Positions 27,401-40,622 of a DNA stretch of 64,000 bases are shown here, one piece after another (position 1 is the first letter of the stretch; each line of letters begins with the position of its first letter). The notes under the pieces were generated by a model, which searched no databases, was not told the origin of the DNA, and saw nothing but the letters and a program-made list of their open reading frames with translations. The position numbers were made by a program, and so were the translations under genes. This DNA is from Oopsacas minuta (taxonomy: Eukaryota; Animalia; Porifera): assembly GCA_024704765.1 (NCBI GenBank), contig JAKMXF010000299.1, positions 1,002,556 to 1,066,555 on the forward strand. The letters run 5' to 3'.

Positions 27401-28682
27401 GGGAACTTTTCATTAGCTTTGAACCACCTTCTAAGTGTAGAGTGTTTCTGTTCGTTAAGCACAGCTTCTAGGTCAGAACTTTCTCTGAACACCACGGATT
27501 GTTTTCCTTCCAGATGGAGTCACTAATCTGCTACATGTGGTTTGTTTGTATGGAGTTCATAACCAAATGAACGGTAGCAAGCTTCGATAGCAGATACATA
27601 TCTAGCTTCTAGGTAATTGGCAATCTCATCTACCTCCTTCTAGCTACTTGCACTACTTTCTCCTGCATGAAATTCTACAATGACCCTATCGTGACCTTTT
27701 AAGTATTTGTACAGATATTTCACTGCTTTAACTCTACTACTGATTTCAACATAAATATGAGCATTGAACTTTAGGAGAAAAGTTAGATTATATGAAACAA
27801 CCCATCGGTTGTCTAGTTCAAACCCGCATACTTTAGCCGTACGTTTGTAAACTGGGTAGCTATCTTTATCTTTATTAGTAAATTTGGCAAATGCCTTTAG
27901 AAATTGTTTACTACATTTTCCATCTCGCATGCATGAAGCGGTTTCCTTAATACTCCACATCATACAACGCTTCACGATTTTATAAAGTTTTGGTGATGTT
28001 GAAGGGTTAGAAATTTCTGCACATACAAATTTATCATAATCAGATGGATCTCTAGGTTTATCCTCTTCTGTTAAAATCACTAAGATATGTGCATGAGGGA
28101 AGCCAAGTTTTTGAAATTCAATAGTGTATGCATATACTTTAGGCCTCCCTAGTACGTGTTTTACGCAGATATCGTCAATAAATTCACGAAATTTTATTAC
28201 GAATACCCGAACAATCAAATCAGGACGACCTGTCAGTTTTTTATTATTCATAAGAGCTGATGTTATCTTTTCACAATCTGGATTACACGTAAATGCAATG
28301 AAATAATCAGGCTTACCGTATTGTCTGACTATGGACATGCAGTCCTGATACAATTCAAACATATATTTTGGACCTCTTATGAAGGAATAAGGTAATATCA
28401 ATCTTCTACCAAATTGTCCAGGATTTATATCTCCAGCAGAGACTGCACCACTAAGTCCGCTATATAGTTCTACTCTGAGCATCTTTTGATTGAACTTGCA
28501 ATAATTGAGTCTCACTTGCTGGACTTTAGCAAACATATCAACCAAGTATTGATGGTAGTGCCTATCATGGAGGTGTAGATAGCTTACTTTCCTCTAACCA
28601 TAATACGATAAGAGTAGAACTCCTTGGGTGTGAGGAAATTTAAGTGCCACGCATTATCTCCTGAAGGAACAAAAGAACATAA

Positions 28683-30969
28683 CACAACTCAACAAGATTT
28701 CTCATCAGAGATCACATACATTTATCTTAGCATACTTTTGAATGCTGAACTCGAATCTGCAATCAGAATTTCTCTAGCACGTCTAGTTATTCTGAAATCC
28801 AATATCCATTTTTTTAATAATATAGTATTACCTAGTTACTAAATTGCTATATGAGCATGCCTATTTTGATTCAATTATCTGGAATATAAATGACTTTACT
28901 TATTTGAATTCAAGCAAATCAAATTATAAACATGCATCGTAATTGTAGAACTCATCACTACAATTTCTGTTACGTTTGTGGTCTTTTTTGCGTAAAATCA
29001 CAAAGACGACCAGTCACAAATCAATTAAAGAACACATACAAATTGTACTTCGAATGTCCACTTGGTGACCAAGACAAGTCGTGGGCACCACATGTTATAT
29101 GCACTTCTTGTTCAAGTGGACTACGTGATTGGTTGAACAAAAGGAAAGTTTCAATGCCATTTGCAATACCCATGGTCTGGAGGGAACAGAAAAATCACCT
29201 TGATGATTGTTACTTTTGCCTTATCGACATTACAGGATTCTCAGCCAAGAATAAGCACGCTCTTGTTTACCCAGACTTGGATTCTGCTCGCAGGCCAATT
29301 CCAGACAACTCATTATCAATCCCAATTCCCAAGCCACAGCAAATTAAAATCGGGTCTGATATGGTGGAAGATGTTCATGGAGATTCTACACATGCCAATT
29401 ATGTCCCCGAAGATGAATTACTAGAGCCACAAACATTTACACAGGGAGAATTGAATGACCTGGTCAGGGATCTAGACTTATCTAAAGACAAAGCTGAACT
29501 CCTTGCATCCAGGCTCAAACAGAAAAACCTACTCGACAAAGATGTCCTAGTATCCCACTATCGCAAGCGAAATTTCGATCTCGCTCGATACTACACTACT
29601 GATGGTCCACTGTGCTATTGTAATGATATCGAAGGACTCTATGCAAACCTATTACAAGAACATTCTTCCTCTGATTGGCGCCTTTTCATCGACTCGTCAA
29701 AACGCAGTTCGAAAGCTGTTCTGTTGCATAACTGAAATCTAAAGCCTGGCGTTCCAATTGCTCACTCCGTCTATCTCAAAGAAACCGTCGTCAATTTGCA
29801 GGAAGTTTGGAGGCAATACAGTATAGAACACATATATGGAATATCTGCGCTGATCTTAAGATAATCGGGCTATTGATGGGCTTGCAACAAGGTTTTACGA
29901 AGTATTGTTGTTTCCTATGTCAATGGGACAGCCGAACAACTAGTGAACATTATAAAAATGTGATTGGCCGAAGAGAACCTATGAAGTGGGGAAAACCAAT
30001 TTACAGCATTCGCCATTGGTAGATCCAAACAAAGTCTTCCTACCCCCACTTCATATTAAACTTGGATTAATGAAAACATTCGTTAAAACAATGGGCAAAA
30101 CAAATTCAGCAGGATTTCTGCATTTGGTAGGCAAATTTCCGAAACTAAGCGAGGCAAAGTTAAAAGAGGGAGTATTTGTAGGACCACAAATCAGACAAGC
30201 ATCCAGAGATCCAGATTTCGAGAAGACATTATCCAAATTAGAAATGAGTACTTGGAATTCTTTCAAATGGGTTTGTGAAAACTTCTTGGGCAACAAGAAG
30301 TCGTCCAACTACAGAGAAGGAGTGGAAACCTTGCTTAACGCATACGAGAAGATGGGCTGTCGCATGTCGCTAAAAACTCCACTTCTTACACTCTCACCTT
30401 GATTTTTTCCCTGAGAACCTTGGTGCTGTAAGTGATGAACAGGGTGAGAGATTCCACCAAGACATACAGGAGATTGAAACCCGATACCAAGGTTTCTGGA
30501 ATGAGCGCATGATGTCCGATTACTGTTGGAGGCTCTTCAGAGATAATCCCACAAGAAATATAAAAGGAAGTCGTACTCTCAACACTTTTAATTTAGTTAG
30601 CTACCTTTATACTTCTAGATGGATATGTATTTCCCCTTAGTTTGTGAGTAGTTGATACATGCATGAGTGTGAATAATTATATGTAAGAGCTAGGATAATA
30701 ACTGATATTATCTTGGCATTAATCTAAAACATCGTAATGTTGATTTATTTCAGATGGCTATCATGTAAGAAGACAAAAAGACAGCCACTACCATAAAATA
30801 ACAGGAAAAATTTAGGAAATACATAAAAATCGTTGACTTGTAGATGGAAAAAAACTGGACGTGCTGGAAAGAATCTGAAAGCAGATTTGAATTCAGCGTA
30901 AAAAACTAGCTTAGAAAATGTCAATCTAATACTTAACGAGAAAATGAAGTTAAATTTTGTTGACCCGTG
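28683..30969 (+). mobile_element. Chapaev3 (CMC group) DNA transposon nested in the Helitron Rep region
   Basis: CAC..GTG termini. TIR CACAACTCAACAAGATTT vs CACGGGTCAACAAAATTT (14/18). 3-bp TSD TAA (28680-82, 30970-72). The Helitron frame rejoins across the site. Confidence 0.85.
28932..30591 (+). pseudogene. Chapaev3-type transposase pseudogene
   Basis: FCYVCG, GDQDKSWAPHVIC, WREQKNHLDDCYFC, WRLFIDSS, FTKYCCFLCQWDSR, LPPLHIKLGLMK, GCRMSLK and SDEQGERFHQ. Stops and frameshifts after 29735. Family assignment is from recalled motifs plus the termini. Confidence 0.8.
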
Positions 30970-33139
30970 TAATGTGAAGGATCATAAGCACAGTTGCACT
31001 CGTTGATACGTTGCAAACCCCCTGTACGTGTATGTGGACCATGTCTCTGTTAGCTACTCCTTCTATATACCCGTCTCCAGGCATTATGACAATAATCTCA
31101 CGAGCAGTGGAGCATTATATCGTCTGGAATCTGGACCACCATCAGCCCTGATGATCATCCTACGTCACTGACTCCGTTTTCTTTCATCATATCTATACCT
31201 TGTTTGAGATAAGAGAAATAAGGGCTAATCTCATGGAGCATATCTTGGAGTTCTCTCAATTCTGGAAGATATGCCTCTCCGAGGGGTGGCTGACGGTTCT
31301 CTAGTTCATCATCAGCTGTTCCGTCATGAATATAGATTTGGACAAAGGATGGTGCCCCGCCTTCTCTCTGAGTGAGTTTTCCGAAATAATGGTGGACAAC
31401 TCCTTGAATGCGGAAAGTGTAAACTTCACGTTTAGCGTTTGCTAGTTCTATATCAAGGTTCACACCGATTGAAGCAAAAGCAAGAACCGAGTTGTAAGCT
31501 CTTATATATTGTCTGAACTCTCTCTCTCTTGACTGTCATTAATAGTCAGTAGATATCTAAGCATCTTGGGTAGAGGGGCTAAAGGAGGAAGAACAACCTT
31601 TCCCTGTCCACAACAGAGGGAAAATTTGAAACACTTTTTAGTGCAACTGAAGAGTTTCTCCTTCTCCCAAAATTTGTCCCCACAATGGGAACATGATAAA
31701 TTCATGAGGCCTGCTGAGTGTTATCGATTACATTATCGAGAATTTCCGACACAGGATAAGAACTCGCAGAATTAAGGAGATTACTTTTAGTTTTACCTTT
31801 AGATCTGGCTTTGTAATCTCTCTGATAGTTTATTCGGGCAATGCGTTTGCCATTGTTCTCGATTTCATTCTGAGCTACTTCGTACTCTAACTGACGCTTT
31901 AGGCGTAAAGCTCGTTTAGTAGGGCTCGGGATTTCAAAATGAACATTCTGGCCTTCCAACTGGCATTTGAGACGAGCGGTACGCTCTGTGGCCCTCTCAA
32001 TTTCTAAACTTCTTCGCGAACATGTTCTTTGGCACTCGAGACGGACAGTATGTCCATAACATTTTGTTTGTCTGAATACGCCAGTTGGGTATAAAGCTGC
32101 ATCTCAAACCTAGCTCTTCTTAATTGGGAGGATTCTTTGAGTCGATTATCTCTTTTCCTCTGGGCTTCGTTTTAGCGAATTTCTTGGGACCACGTTAAAT
32201 TACTCGAGGTATTTTGTGATACAAAGAACGTAAAATATGTCAAGATGTTTCAAGTTGTAAATATAAGTGTTGAATTATTCAGAATATTTAGTATTCTATA
32301 TTTATACAGTTAATGTGATCAAAAATAAAGTTGTAATTTTGTGGGCGCTTCATATAAACATTAACAAACATTGTTACATATTTATATAATTTTAATTTAA
32401 TCATGTTAGTGCGCAAGATATTTAATATGCAATAGAGTCCTCAATGTAGTGGGTTACATAGCATAGTTACAGGTTAAACAAACTGGAATTTGAAAAATGT
32501 TGCGCAATTGGAACCATTGCATCCCAAATAGACTGGGTTAGAGCCTATATTATATGATTACAATAATTTGTAAACCCTGGAATCTTATAGGTTATTACAT
32601 TTTGACATCTATCTAAGAGACTTTTTGAGATATCGCTTAGATCTAAGAAGTGGTCCTAGATTTATCACATTCCACACCTGTCAAATTTCAAGTTTGTAGC
32701 TCTTACCAGTTCTCCAATCAATTCCGGAGAAAAAACACAAAAAACCCATCTACAAATTATATAATTGATTTGTAAATAGTTACAAAGTTTAAGTATTTAT
32801 TTCAGTGACGATCAAAGTATTGTTATCGCGGTAAAATATGTAATTAATAAATTTCCAATTGAGTTAATCATAATTTTCACTTCCATATAGACTTGGAATA
32901 TATCATAGAAGTTCATTAATTCATTAATTAAATTATTCAGTAATGATTTAGTTTGGTAATAATCTTTGTTACGATAAAAAGTATTTTTTTGAAATTGCGA
33001 GAAAAATATATACTTATCAACTTGCTCTAAATAGATCACATTATTTACTTACATACACTTATGCAATCATAATTTTAGTAATTGTGTTTAACGTGCGTAT
33101 TACGTATACAAAGGAAAATAAGCGGAAAATTCTAAGAAT

Positions 33140-34280
33140 CAATAAATATAAACAAAACTTTGAAATGTATTCAATATTTGATAATTTCACTGTTTGATGC
33201 ATCCAACTGAGTTCGAATTATTTGTCAATTATTAATTCTAATAACCTTGTTAATGCATCGGGAAATACTTACTTAATCGTCATAAAAGCTGACCAAAGAC
33301 TTGATATTCTCAAAGAAGTCCATGATAATCCTGGACTTCAATGTTTTCGCTATTCGTGTCGTATTGCAATTGAGAGATATTTCTGGCCAGGAATGTACAC
33401 GGAAATACGTAGTTCTATACAAAAATGTGTACCGTGTCAGAGGAACCAACCTAGCCTAAATGCACCACCATACCACTACAACCATTCCCAGTTATAACGA
33501 AAGTGTGGTTTAGAGTAGGCATAGATTTGACGGGACCACTAATAGTGTAAGAAGGTTACAAATACATTCTTACTTTCATCCATCACTTTACTAAATGGAT
33601 CGAGACTCCTCCTCTGAAAACGAAAAACGCGAGAGAATTGACTGAAAACGGAAGAGAATTCACGAATACGATTTCCAAAACACTTCAAGAAATACATGGT
33701 TGTAAATTACTATTCTCAGCTCTCACCATCCTCAAAGAATGGTCTCGTAGAATATACACACACAAAGTGGTTTAACAATCTTTAAAAAATCTTTAAGTGA
33801 AAACGGGATGACTGGTTTCACTACTTGGAGCAAGTTACGTTTTCAATTAACATTCGCCCTCGTGAGACCACAAAATATTCTGCATTCGAACTAATGCATG
33901 GCAATCGCAAACCATGCCTTCCATTTGAAGCTGAAAACTTCTCTTTCCTCTATTCTGAGGTCTCTTTGGAGGAAAATCCATTTGAAGATAACGCTAATGA
34001 CATGAACTACTCGAATTCATGATAAATGAGCAAGAAGATTAATTTCAACAGGCTGGCAAAAATCCCATAAACTCAAAGAAAATAATGAAGGACCAGTTCG
34101 ACAAAAAAGTAAATCCAATCACTTGAAGCTTTAAAGTAAATGACGAAGTACTCATTGAGAATGTGTCCAGAATGAGAAGCAAATGGAGGGAAATTACAAG
34201 ACAAGTGAATCGGCCCCTATCCAATCACAAAGGTTTCTACGAGAACGCTCCAAGTTTGCAAAAATATAGCTAAACTCGAG
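33140..34280 (+). pseudogene. Gypsy-type integrase (Ginger1/GIN-like) pseudogene
   Basis: ILKEVH..RYFWPG..IQKCVPCQ (HHCC), RVGIDLTGPL, HHFTKWIE, VTFSINIRPRETTKYSAFELMHG and IGPYPITKV (GPY). No RT or RNase H upstream in the window. Confidence 0.8.
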
Positions 34281-34939
34281 TAAAGAGATCCAAGGCTAAA
34301 CTCTGAAGAGGGACTCCAATACTACATCTACAAGAAAGAGAATTAAGTTGAATCCACTGATAAGCAACTTGACAGAAGAAAACGCACAACTATTTGACGA
34401 AGATGAAATTCTACCCATTTCGTCCCCATTTTTAGCTGGAGAAGAAGTTGTATTTGCAACAAGTGAACAAGAAGACAGCCGCTCAAGAAGAGAGATCATT
34501 GATCTACTCTTGTTAATGAAAGAACATGTAATTGGATCACTCCAATTGAATATTCAACTCTCTCCACTACATAATGATCTTCATAATAGAAGTGACATGC
34601 TTTATAAAGATTTGTATGATCGGAGGTTGGAACACAATCCTCCTATTTATGATGAAGATGCTTCTTCTATTACGAATTACGATACTATTCTCGAAATTTC
34701 TGAGATAATGAATACATGGTGTCTAGAAAGTCAGAACGTAAGTATACCTTATTACCATTATACGAGTGAAGAAATTGAGCATTCATCACAATGGAAAAGA
34801 AAGAGTATAGATTAAATTACCAAAGTCTTTCTACCCGTAGTCCAAAAACTCTTATTATCAAGTCGTTTGAATAAACCTAGAGCTAGAGGAATGGAAATGC
34901 CAGACGAAAAACAAAAGAAAATGACTGCACATTACACTC

Positions 34940-35752
34940 ACAAACATTAGAAGATTGCTGTACTCCATGGGGAGGGGAATATAATGGAACCAGACTCGTA
35001 AATACATGCTCAGTTGATAATTTTATCACCTTATATTTGCCTGTATATGAAACTCTTCCAAAAACATAAACGAGATTAGCTTCAATTACAATAACGCATA
35101 ACTTTGAAAGAATTACTCAAATGGTAAAGGCTCGTAGCTTTAACAACTACGCTACTGGATAGCTCCAAAGCTTGGAATATCAATTGCAGATGCTCAATAC
35201 GACTTTTTAACATACGGAGGGAAGATGGTTAAATTCTTTGAGGAAATTTACTTATGTTCCAGTCAGTATTTAATTGAATTCCAATGTTGGGGCTGCTGCT
35301 TCTCAGAAAAACATCTCAACCTATATAAAGTAGAAAAGAATTGTCAGGCTACAATAGATAACCGCATAAATTCTGGTTTCAACTGCCTCAAGTGCAGAGA
35401 TGCAAATGCTAACATTGAGGAAATTTCCAGAAAGTTTTTAAGAGTGCCACCACTTATGATTCTTGAAGTTGGTCACATTAGCTCTTGCTCTAAAGATATC
35501 ATCAATCAAAATCTAATTGAGGAAAATATCTTCATATGTCATATGAGCACAAAGCTACATTACAGCCTCATCGGTTATATCATAAATGTTAGGTTGCATT
35601 TCTTTATGAAGATAAAGTATAGAAAGTGTTGGTATACCTATGATGGGATAGAAAACCACAAGCTTAAAATAACAAGTAAAGATATGATGATAAGGCTAGG
35701 ACATATTAACTGTATCTTCTACACATTGACAGAGATTACAAGTTTAGAATGA
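34940..35752 (+). pseudogene. USP/C19-like cysteine protease domain downstream of the integrase
   Basis: Cys-box-like [20 protein letters not shown] (Cys codon 35007-35009), a central CC..CLKC Zn-like segment, and His/Asp-box-like HYSLIGYIINVRLHFF..WYTYDG in ORF 35225-35752. Confidence 0.55.
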
Positions 35753-36255
35753 TCATCATTCCACATATTCTAAATCACATAACCGTTCCCTTCGGCTGGG
35801 CTACAGAAGTCTATATTGTAGTACTTAGCGATTACAAGTCAACGATTATAATGTTTTGCTTGTTTAATAAAAATATATGTCGTACTTAGTCACTTTACTT
35901 GTGATATGTAGTTTATGGTAATGGGGCTTGATACACAAGTTTGTAATAATTCAATTGATTCGTCACTGAATACAGCATTTATTCAGGCCTCTTAGTATCC
36001 CACCGGTCATCTTGTTACAATAAATCCTCGTTAATTTGGATCATTCTTTTTTTCGCTCAGTCCAGCTCGTACAACTCAACCTCAAAATACAATTTCAAAG
36101 CTTTGTTTATATTTATTGATTCTTAGAATTTTCCGCTTATTTTTCCTTTGTATACGTAATACGCACGTTAAACACAATTACTAAAATTATGATTACATAA
36201 GTGTATGCAAGTAAATAATGTGAGAAGGAACCTAAAAAGTGCTAAGTCATCATAA

Positions 36256-36830
36256 TTGACCGCAATGATGAATGTAGAAATGGGGGACCAAAATCTGCAA
36301 ATGTTTTTGAATTTGCAGAAAATGGTCCCCAGGACAATTTGCGTAGGGGTAACCAATTTCTGCAAACACCACCATGCTGTATTCAAATACAGCTGTTCTC
36401 CTATCAGTTGGTGGGTAAGGCAGGGACTAAAGCGAAATCTGATGGACAGCTTAACAGACCACGCGGCTTGTCAGTGGACGCGAGTGGGGATGTGTACTGA
36501 ATATTGGAATTACAGAGTATCCATTTTACGAAAATTTGGAACTTATAAATTTCTCGGTAGAGATATTTTTGTGCATTCCAAAGATGTGAAGCTAACACAT
36601 TCTTTGGTGGTAGTATTAGACTGGAGTTTTCATTGGATACATTATTTCAATAATGGAAATCTTCTTAGCTCCTGCGTTACACAAGGATACCAGCAACACT
36701 GCTTACTATACGATCCGTCCTTTTTTTGTCTGGCCGAATCCGAAAATATTACCATTATCGACAGACTTATTTACATCAAGATTGTTTCGAATCTGGAGGC
36801 TTCTTATAAACCATAGGAAGGAAAGAGAAA
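36256..36830 (+). pseudogene. NHL-repeat (TRIM71/TRIM2-like beta-propeller) gene fragment
   Basis: GQLNRPRGLSVDASGDVY frameshifts into TEYWNYRVSI..DVKLT..VVVLD..IHYF..SFFCL..IIDR..IKI, i.e. consecutive NHL blades. No intact ORF. Confidence 0.75.
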
Positions 36831-36956
36831 GGACAGTTGACTAAATCAAAAGGGAATTGCATTATCAAGTCTGTGAAGATATTCGTTACTTCTTTGAATA
36901 CTAAGTATGCTCTACTATTATTCTGATATGATTTTCTAAAGAAAAGAATTGTAATA

Positions 36957-38288
36957 ACGGATGAGCACTAAAATGTTAGACATATTTTATAGTTCACTAT
37001 AACAACGAGATATTTCCAAATTCATAAATCTTTGTTCACCAATGAATTACTTGTATATAGATTTCAAATTCAAACCATTTGAGATTATTTTAGAATATAG
37101 CATCTGGAAATGGATCATTTGAAAGTGACACAACGGTGACACATTATTGGACAATTTCATCGTAAAAATTATGAGCATGGGATTTCTTATACAGTTAAGC
37201 ATTTTTTGGCGTTTGGAATCGCAAGATCTACTATCTACAACATCATTTCTACTATCAAGAATAGAGGAACCGTACACAGGAAGTTGGGTAGTGATCGCAA
37301 GTCTGTCAAAATGCTTAAGAGGCTCCGGCGATCTCTATTGTGCAAAATTAGCAATAAAATAGGGGTCACCACCAGAAAAATGGCTCGAAAATTCGATATC
37401 TCTCAATCATATGTTCGTAAGATTATCAAAGAGAATAATGTTGCATATCGTAAACATAAGCGAGTCCCAGATAGTAAACCCGAACAAGAATTGAGGGCTA
37501 AGTCTGGGTGTCTAAAATTACGGAGAGACTTTTTTCCCCATCAAGCACAACTCAAATTGTAATGGATGACGAATCGTTTTTCGGACTAAAGGATGACAAT
37601 ATCCATGTCAATAAGGGTTATTTTATTTCAAATCTCTCTCAGCCAAGTTTCTGAATCCTAGAATCAGTTATATTCATAAATCCAAGTACCCACCTAAACT
37701 TTTAATTTGGTTTGCAATTTCGAAAGAAGGCATATCGGAGCCATACTTTGTCCTCGGAATCTTTCAGTTACTGGCGAAATTTACCGAAATTAATGCATAA
37801 AAAAGCATCTAATTCCTTTCTTGGAAAAGTTTCATGATGAGGGTGAATATTACTTCTGGCCTGATATAGCAAGTAGCCAATTATGCAAAAGATACGCTTA
37901 AACTTCTTGAAGATCTAAATATCCCATATATTCCAAAATCTGCTAATCCTCCTAATATACCTCAATTAGCTAATTGAGGATTTCTGGGGTAATTTGAAAT
38001 CCAAAGTTTATGAAGGTGGGTGGGAAGCCAAATCCTTCAGAATGCTGAAGCAAAGGATTCGGAAATCAATCAGGCAAGTGGAATTTTCAATTGTCTAAAG
38101 GCGATTTTCAAGTGTCAAGACGAATATCCGAAAATCTACAGACAATGGCCCATTAGCAGCGATCAATTGAGTTCTAGCTAAATTAAAATGTAATTAAACA
38201 AATATGATCGAATTATACGATACTCTGTTGATAATTGTTACATGCTTAAACTGGATGAAATTTGTCTAATTTTTTAGTGCTCACCCGT
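36957..38288 (+). mobile_element. IS630/Tc1/mariner element of WPD..SSHY type (about DD37E), defective
   Basis: 26-bp TIR ACGG(A/G)TGAGCACTAAAA..TTAGACA (23/26) with TA flanks. Transposase 37110-38170 with MDDES, PPKLLIW, FWPDIASS and NPPNIPQL..IEDFWG. Frameshifts make the exact D-E spacing uncertain. Confidence 0.88.
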
Positions 38289-39429
38289 TAATTATGATAC
38301 TTTATATGAAAATTGTTGGATATTATGTAAATGCTGATTATGCTCGTTTGGTCTATTGTAAATATTCACTATTTAGTAATATTGTATTGAATAATTGCTC
38401 ATTTGTGCTCCAATTTTGTTACTAATTAGAATTATCGAGTCCAATTCATAATCGTTTATTCGGAATTATTCTTCACCTCACTTCATCTAAATTATGGATG
38501 TTTTACTTCCGTCTATGTTGATCCCTTTTCCAATAATATCGATTATTCCTGATCGATGAAGTTCAATGAAGTTATTAAGATATCTTCCCGCTGTAGCAGT
38601 CCAGAATATACCCTGATAGGATAATACAATACCAGAGTTTATTAACTACAGAGTCTTGCTTAGGAATTTAATGGATTAGCTTGAATCCTACAATGGGTAA
38701 CGTAGCAGTGACTCTTAAAACGTTATTTATGCTGTGGGGACAGATTTAAATGGAATATATGTTTTTCCCCTGATTGTTGTCCCATTTTATCTTGCTAGAC
38801 TAGAAAGTATAAAATCATGGCTAGGACAGAAGACATCCGAATATATTCTCGAACATCTCGGCGTATAGACATTTTATACGCGAGTAAGCATGTATTGTAA
38901 TATATTGTAAAAAAGTATAAAAATCAGAAGCAATAAACAGGAATTTTGGCCTACAAGATCGTATACTCTACAATTTATGGTGACAATTGTCAGTTTTTTC
39001 CCTGGACAGTCCACGTTTTTTGGGTCAATTTTGGCTATGTCTAACTAGTTTTATTGATTGCCCAGTTTTTTTAGCTGACCAGTTACTTCACCTATAAAAT
39101 TTGTGACTCTATTTCCATCATTTTACCGCGATTTTGGGTAGATTGCTTTACCACACATTGTAACAAATACATATATTGATATTTGTTTCTTTTAAATGAC
39201 ATACAGAACTACCGACATAAATTCATTAAGTGGGTTGTCCAGTTTTTTCTTAAGTGCTTCACAGGTAAACTCCAGTTATTTTTCGGAAAACCTGAAATGT
39301 CCATGTTTTTGGTAAAACCCTTCTGGTCACCCAACACTATATCTAACTGGATTCTCAAACTATATACCACTCAATTGAAATTCCACAAGTATTGTATTAG
39401 GTATACTACTCTGATATTGATTTTACGTA

Positions 39430-39632
39430 CAGTGGAAGCCGCTTAATTGGGACAGCTCGGGAGTCAATGTTTTGTCCCGATTAACCGATTATGATTATTG
39501 AAGTATTCAAAACTAGGTTTTCATTGTCACATGACCAGGTATATCTTATTTCTCTATTACTAATCCTGATTTATCTAAGTCTAGTAGAGATTTGGTTGTA
39601 GTATGGGTATAGTTCCTCTTCAAGAGGTCATA
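39430..39632 (+). mobile_element. Truncated pogo/Tigger-like MITE
   Basis: Near-identical reverse complement of 47190-47393 (only a few differences over about 203 bp). One TIR only, preceded by TA. Confidence 0.85.
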
Positions 39633-40102
39633 TTCGCTAATTCAAGCAGTTTTTATGTGACTATATTTTCTGTATGAGCATAATTATGTGTCCAACCACT
39701 ACCATAATTAATGAAATTTGATCATATGTAGCCTGATAGAAAGTTCTACGTAATATAGTCTGAAACGAAACAGTTTATAGCTAGTTGAGTTATGATGTTT
39801 GCATATAGTAAGCTAATTTAGATGTAAATATAAAGAATTTAGATTGCTATGATAAGGTGTACCTGGTCAGGGATTCAGGATATTCGTTCAATGATTACTA
39901 CATATATGATTATGACATTACTTGCCTTAATTTTAGGATTCAAACTTCAAACGATGTGTAACGAAGGTCCCTGAAATTTGACAACCTCCTCTTTATGTCA
40001 TTGTTTACTTCCAAAAGCGTATGCTATAACACTTTGATTACCACCCCTTCACTTTACCGCATACGCCCAAGTGACCAGCTTTTGCAACAATAATCTGTAT
40101 AC

Positions 40103-40622
40103 CAGTGCTGTTATCCCAAAATTTAAAGTGAGGGAGCGCTAAATGCTCGCTCAAATTTGGTTCAGCTTAGTTTAATAATTTACTCAGCAATTAATAGTAA
40201 AAAATACCCGCTATAAATTACTATTAGAGATACGAATTTTTGTTTGTTTACTAAACACTAGAACTAAAACCCCATATCTAAAAATGTACAATTTGAGTAG
40301 CTTCTTTGGGTACTTTAGAAAAATAATTCTCAAGAATACTTTCTTTTCTGTCCATTGCAAGATAAAAATCTTTAATTATGATACTACAATTATCTAAAAA
40401 TGACAAATAAGGACAAATATATAATACGTATACCACAATAAGATCAAATTCTATTGTTGTATTAAAGAAATATTCAACATGTGGTAAATCAGAAATTTAC
40501 ACTTGGTTCTTTCAGGATTTCACTCCAAAAAAATAAGCGCGCCCCCTCTAAGAAGGAGCGCCCAACTCAGTAAAAAAGGTATGGGGCGGTGCCCCCCCCG
40601 CGCCCCCTCTATAACAGCACTG
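40103..40622. mobile_element. Non-autonomous hAT MITE
   Basis: Perfect 12-bp TIR CAGTGCTGTTAT and perfect 8-bp TSD CTGTATAC (40095-40102, 40623-40630). Confidence 0.92.

Larger units (their letters stand above)
20542..32212 (-). pseudogene. Helitron Rep-PIF1 helicase-OTU polyprotein pseudogene (interrupted)
   Basis: Zn finger CSHCGDKFW..CCGQGKVVLP; YTFRIQG..VQIYIHD; AYDPSHYVLLF spanning the Chapaev3 insert; HUH motif GFPHAHILVIL; KYLYKYLKG; Walker A FFIDGSGGNGKT; late helicase motifs SRVQNPRGL; OTU Cys box DGNCLYRALS. Confidence 0.92.
19341..32768 (-). mobile_element. Helitron, about 7.1 kb after removing nested inserts
   Basis: Minus-strand 5' end A|TCAATTATATAAT at 32768 followed by a typical Helitron-like 5' segment. 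3' end CTAA|T at 19341 preceded by GC-rich hairpins (19351-19422). Internal RepHel pseudogene. End assignments are inferred by eye. Confidence 0.75.

Noticed and set aside
33140-34280. Intact gypsy LTR retrotransposon
   Set aside because: No gag, protease, RT, RNase H or LTRs are visible. A truncated gypsy cannot be fully excluded.
32771-36019. TGT..ACA termini for the Ginger-like element
   Set aside because: Only a short inverted match (TTCAGTGACGA.TCAA) near 32800 and 35960, at different offsets from the ends, and no TSD. Termini left unresolved.
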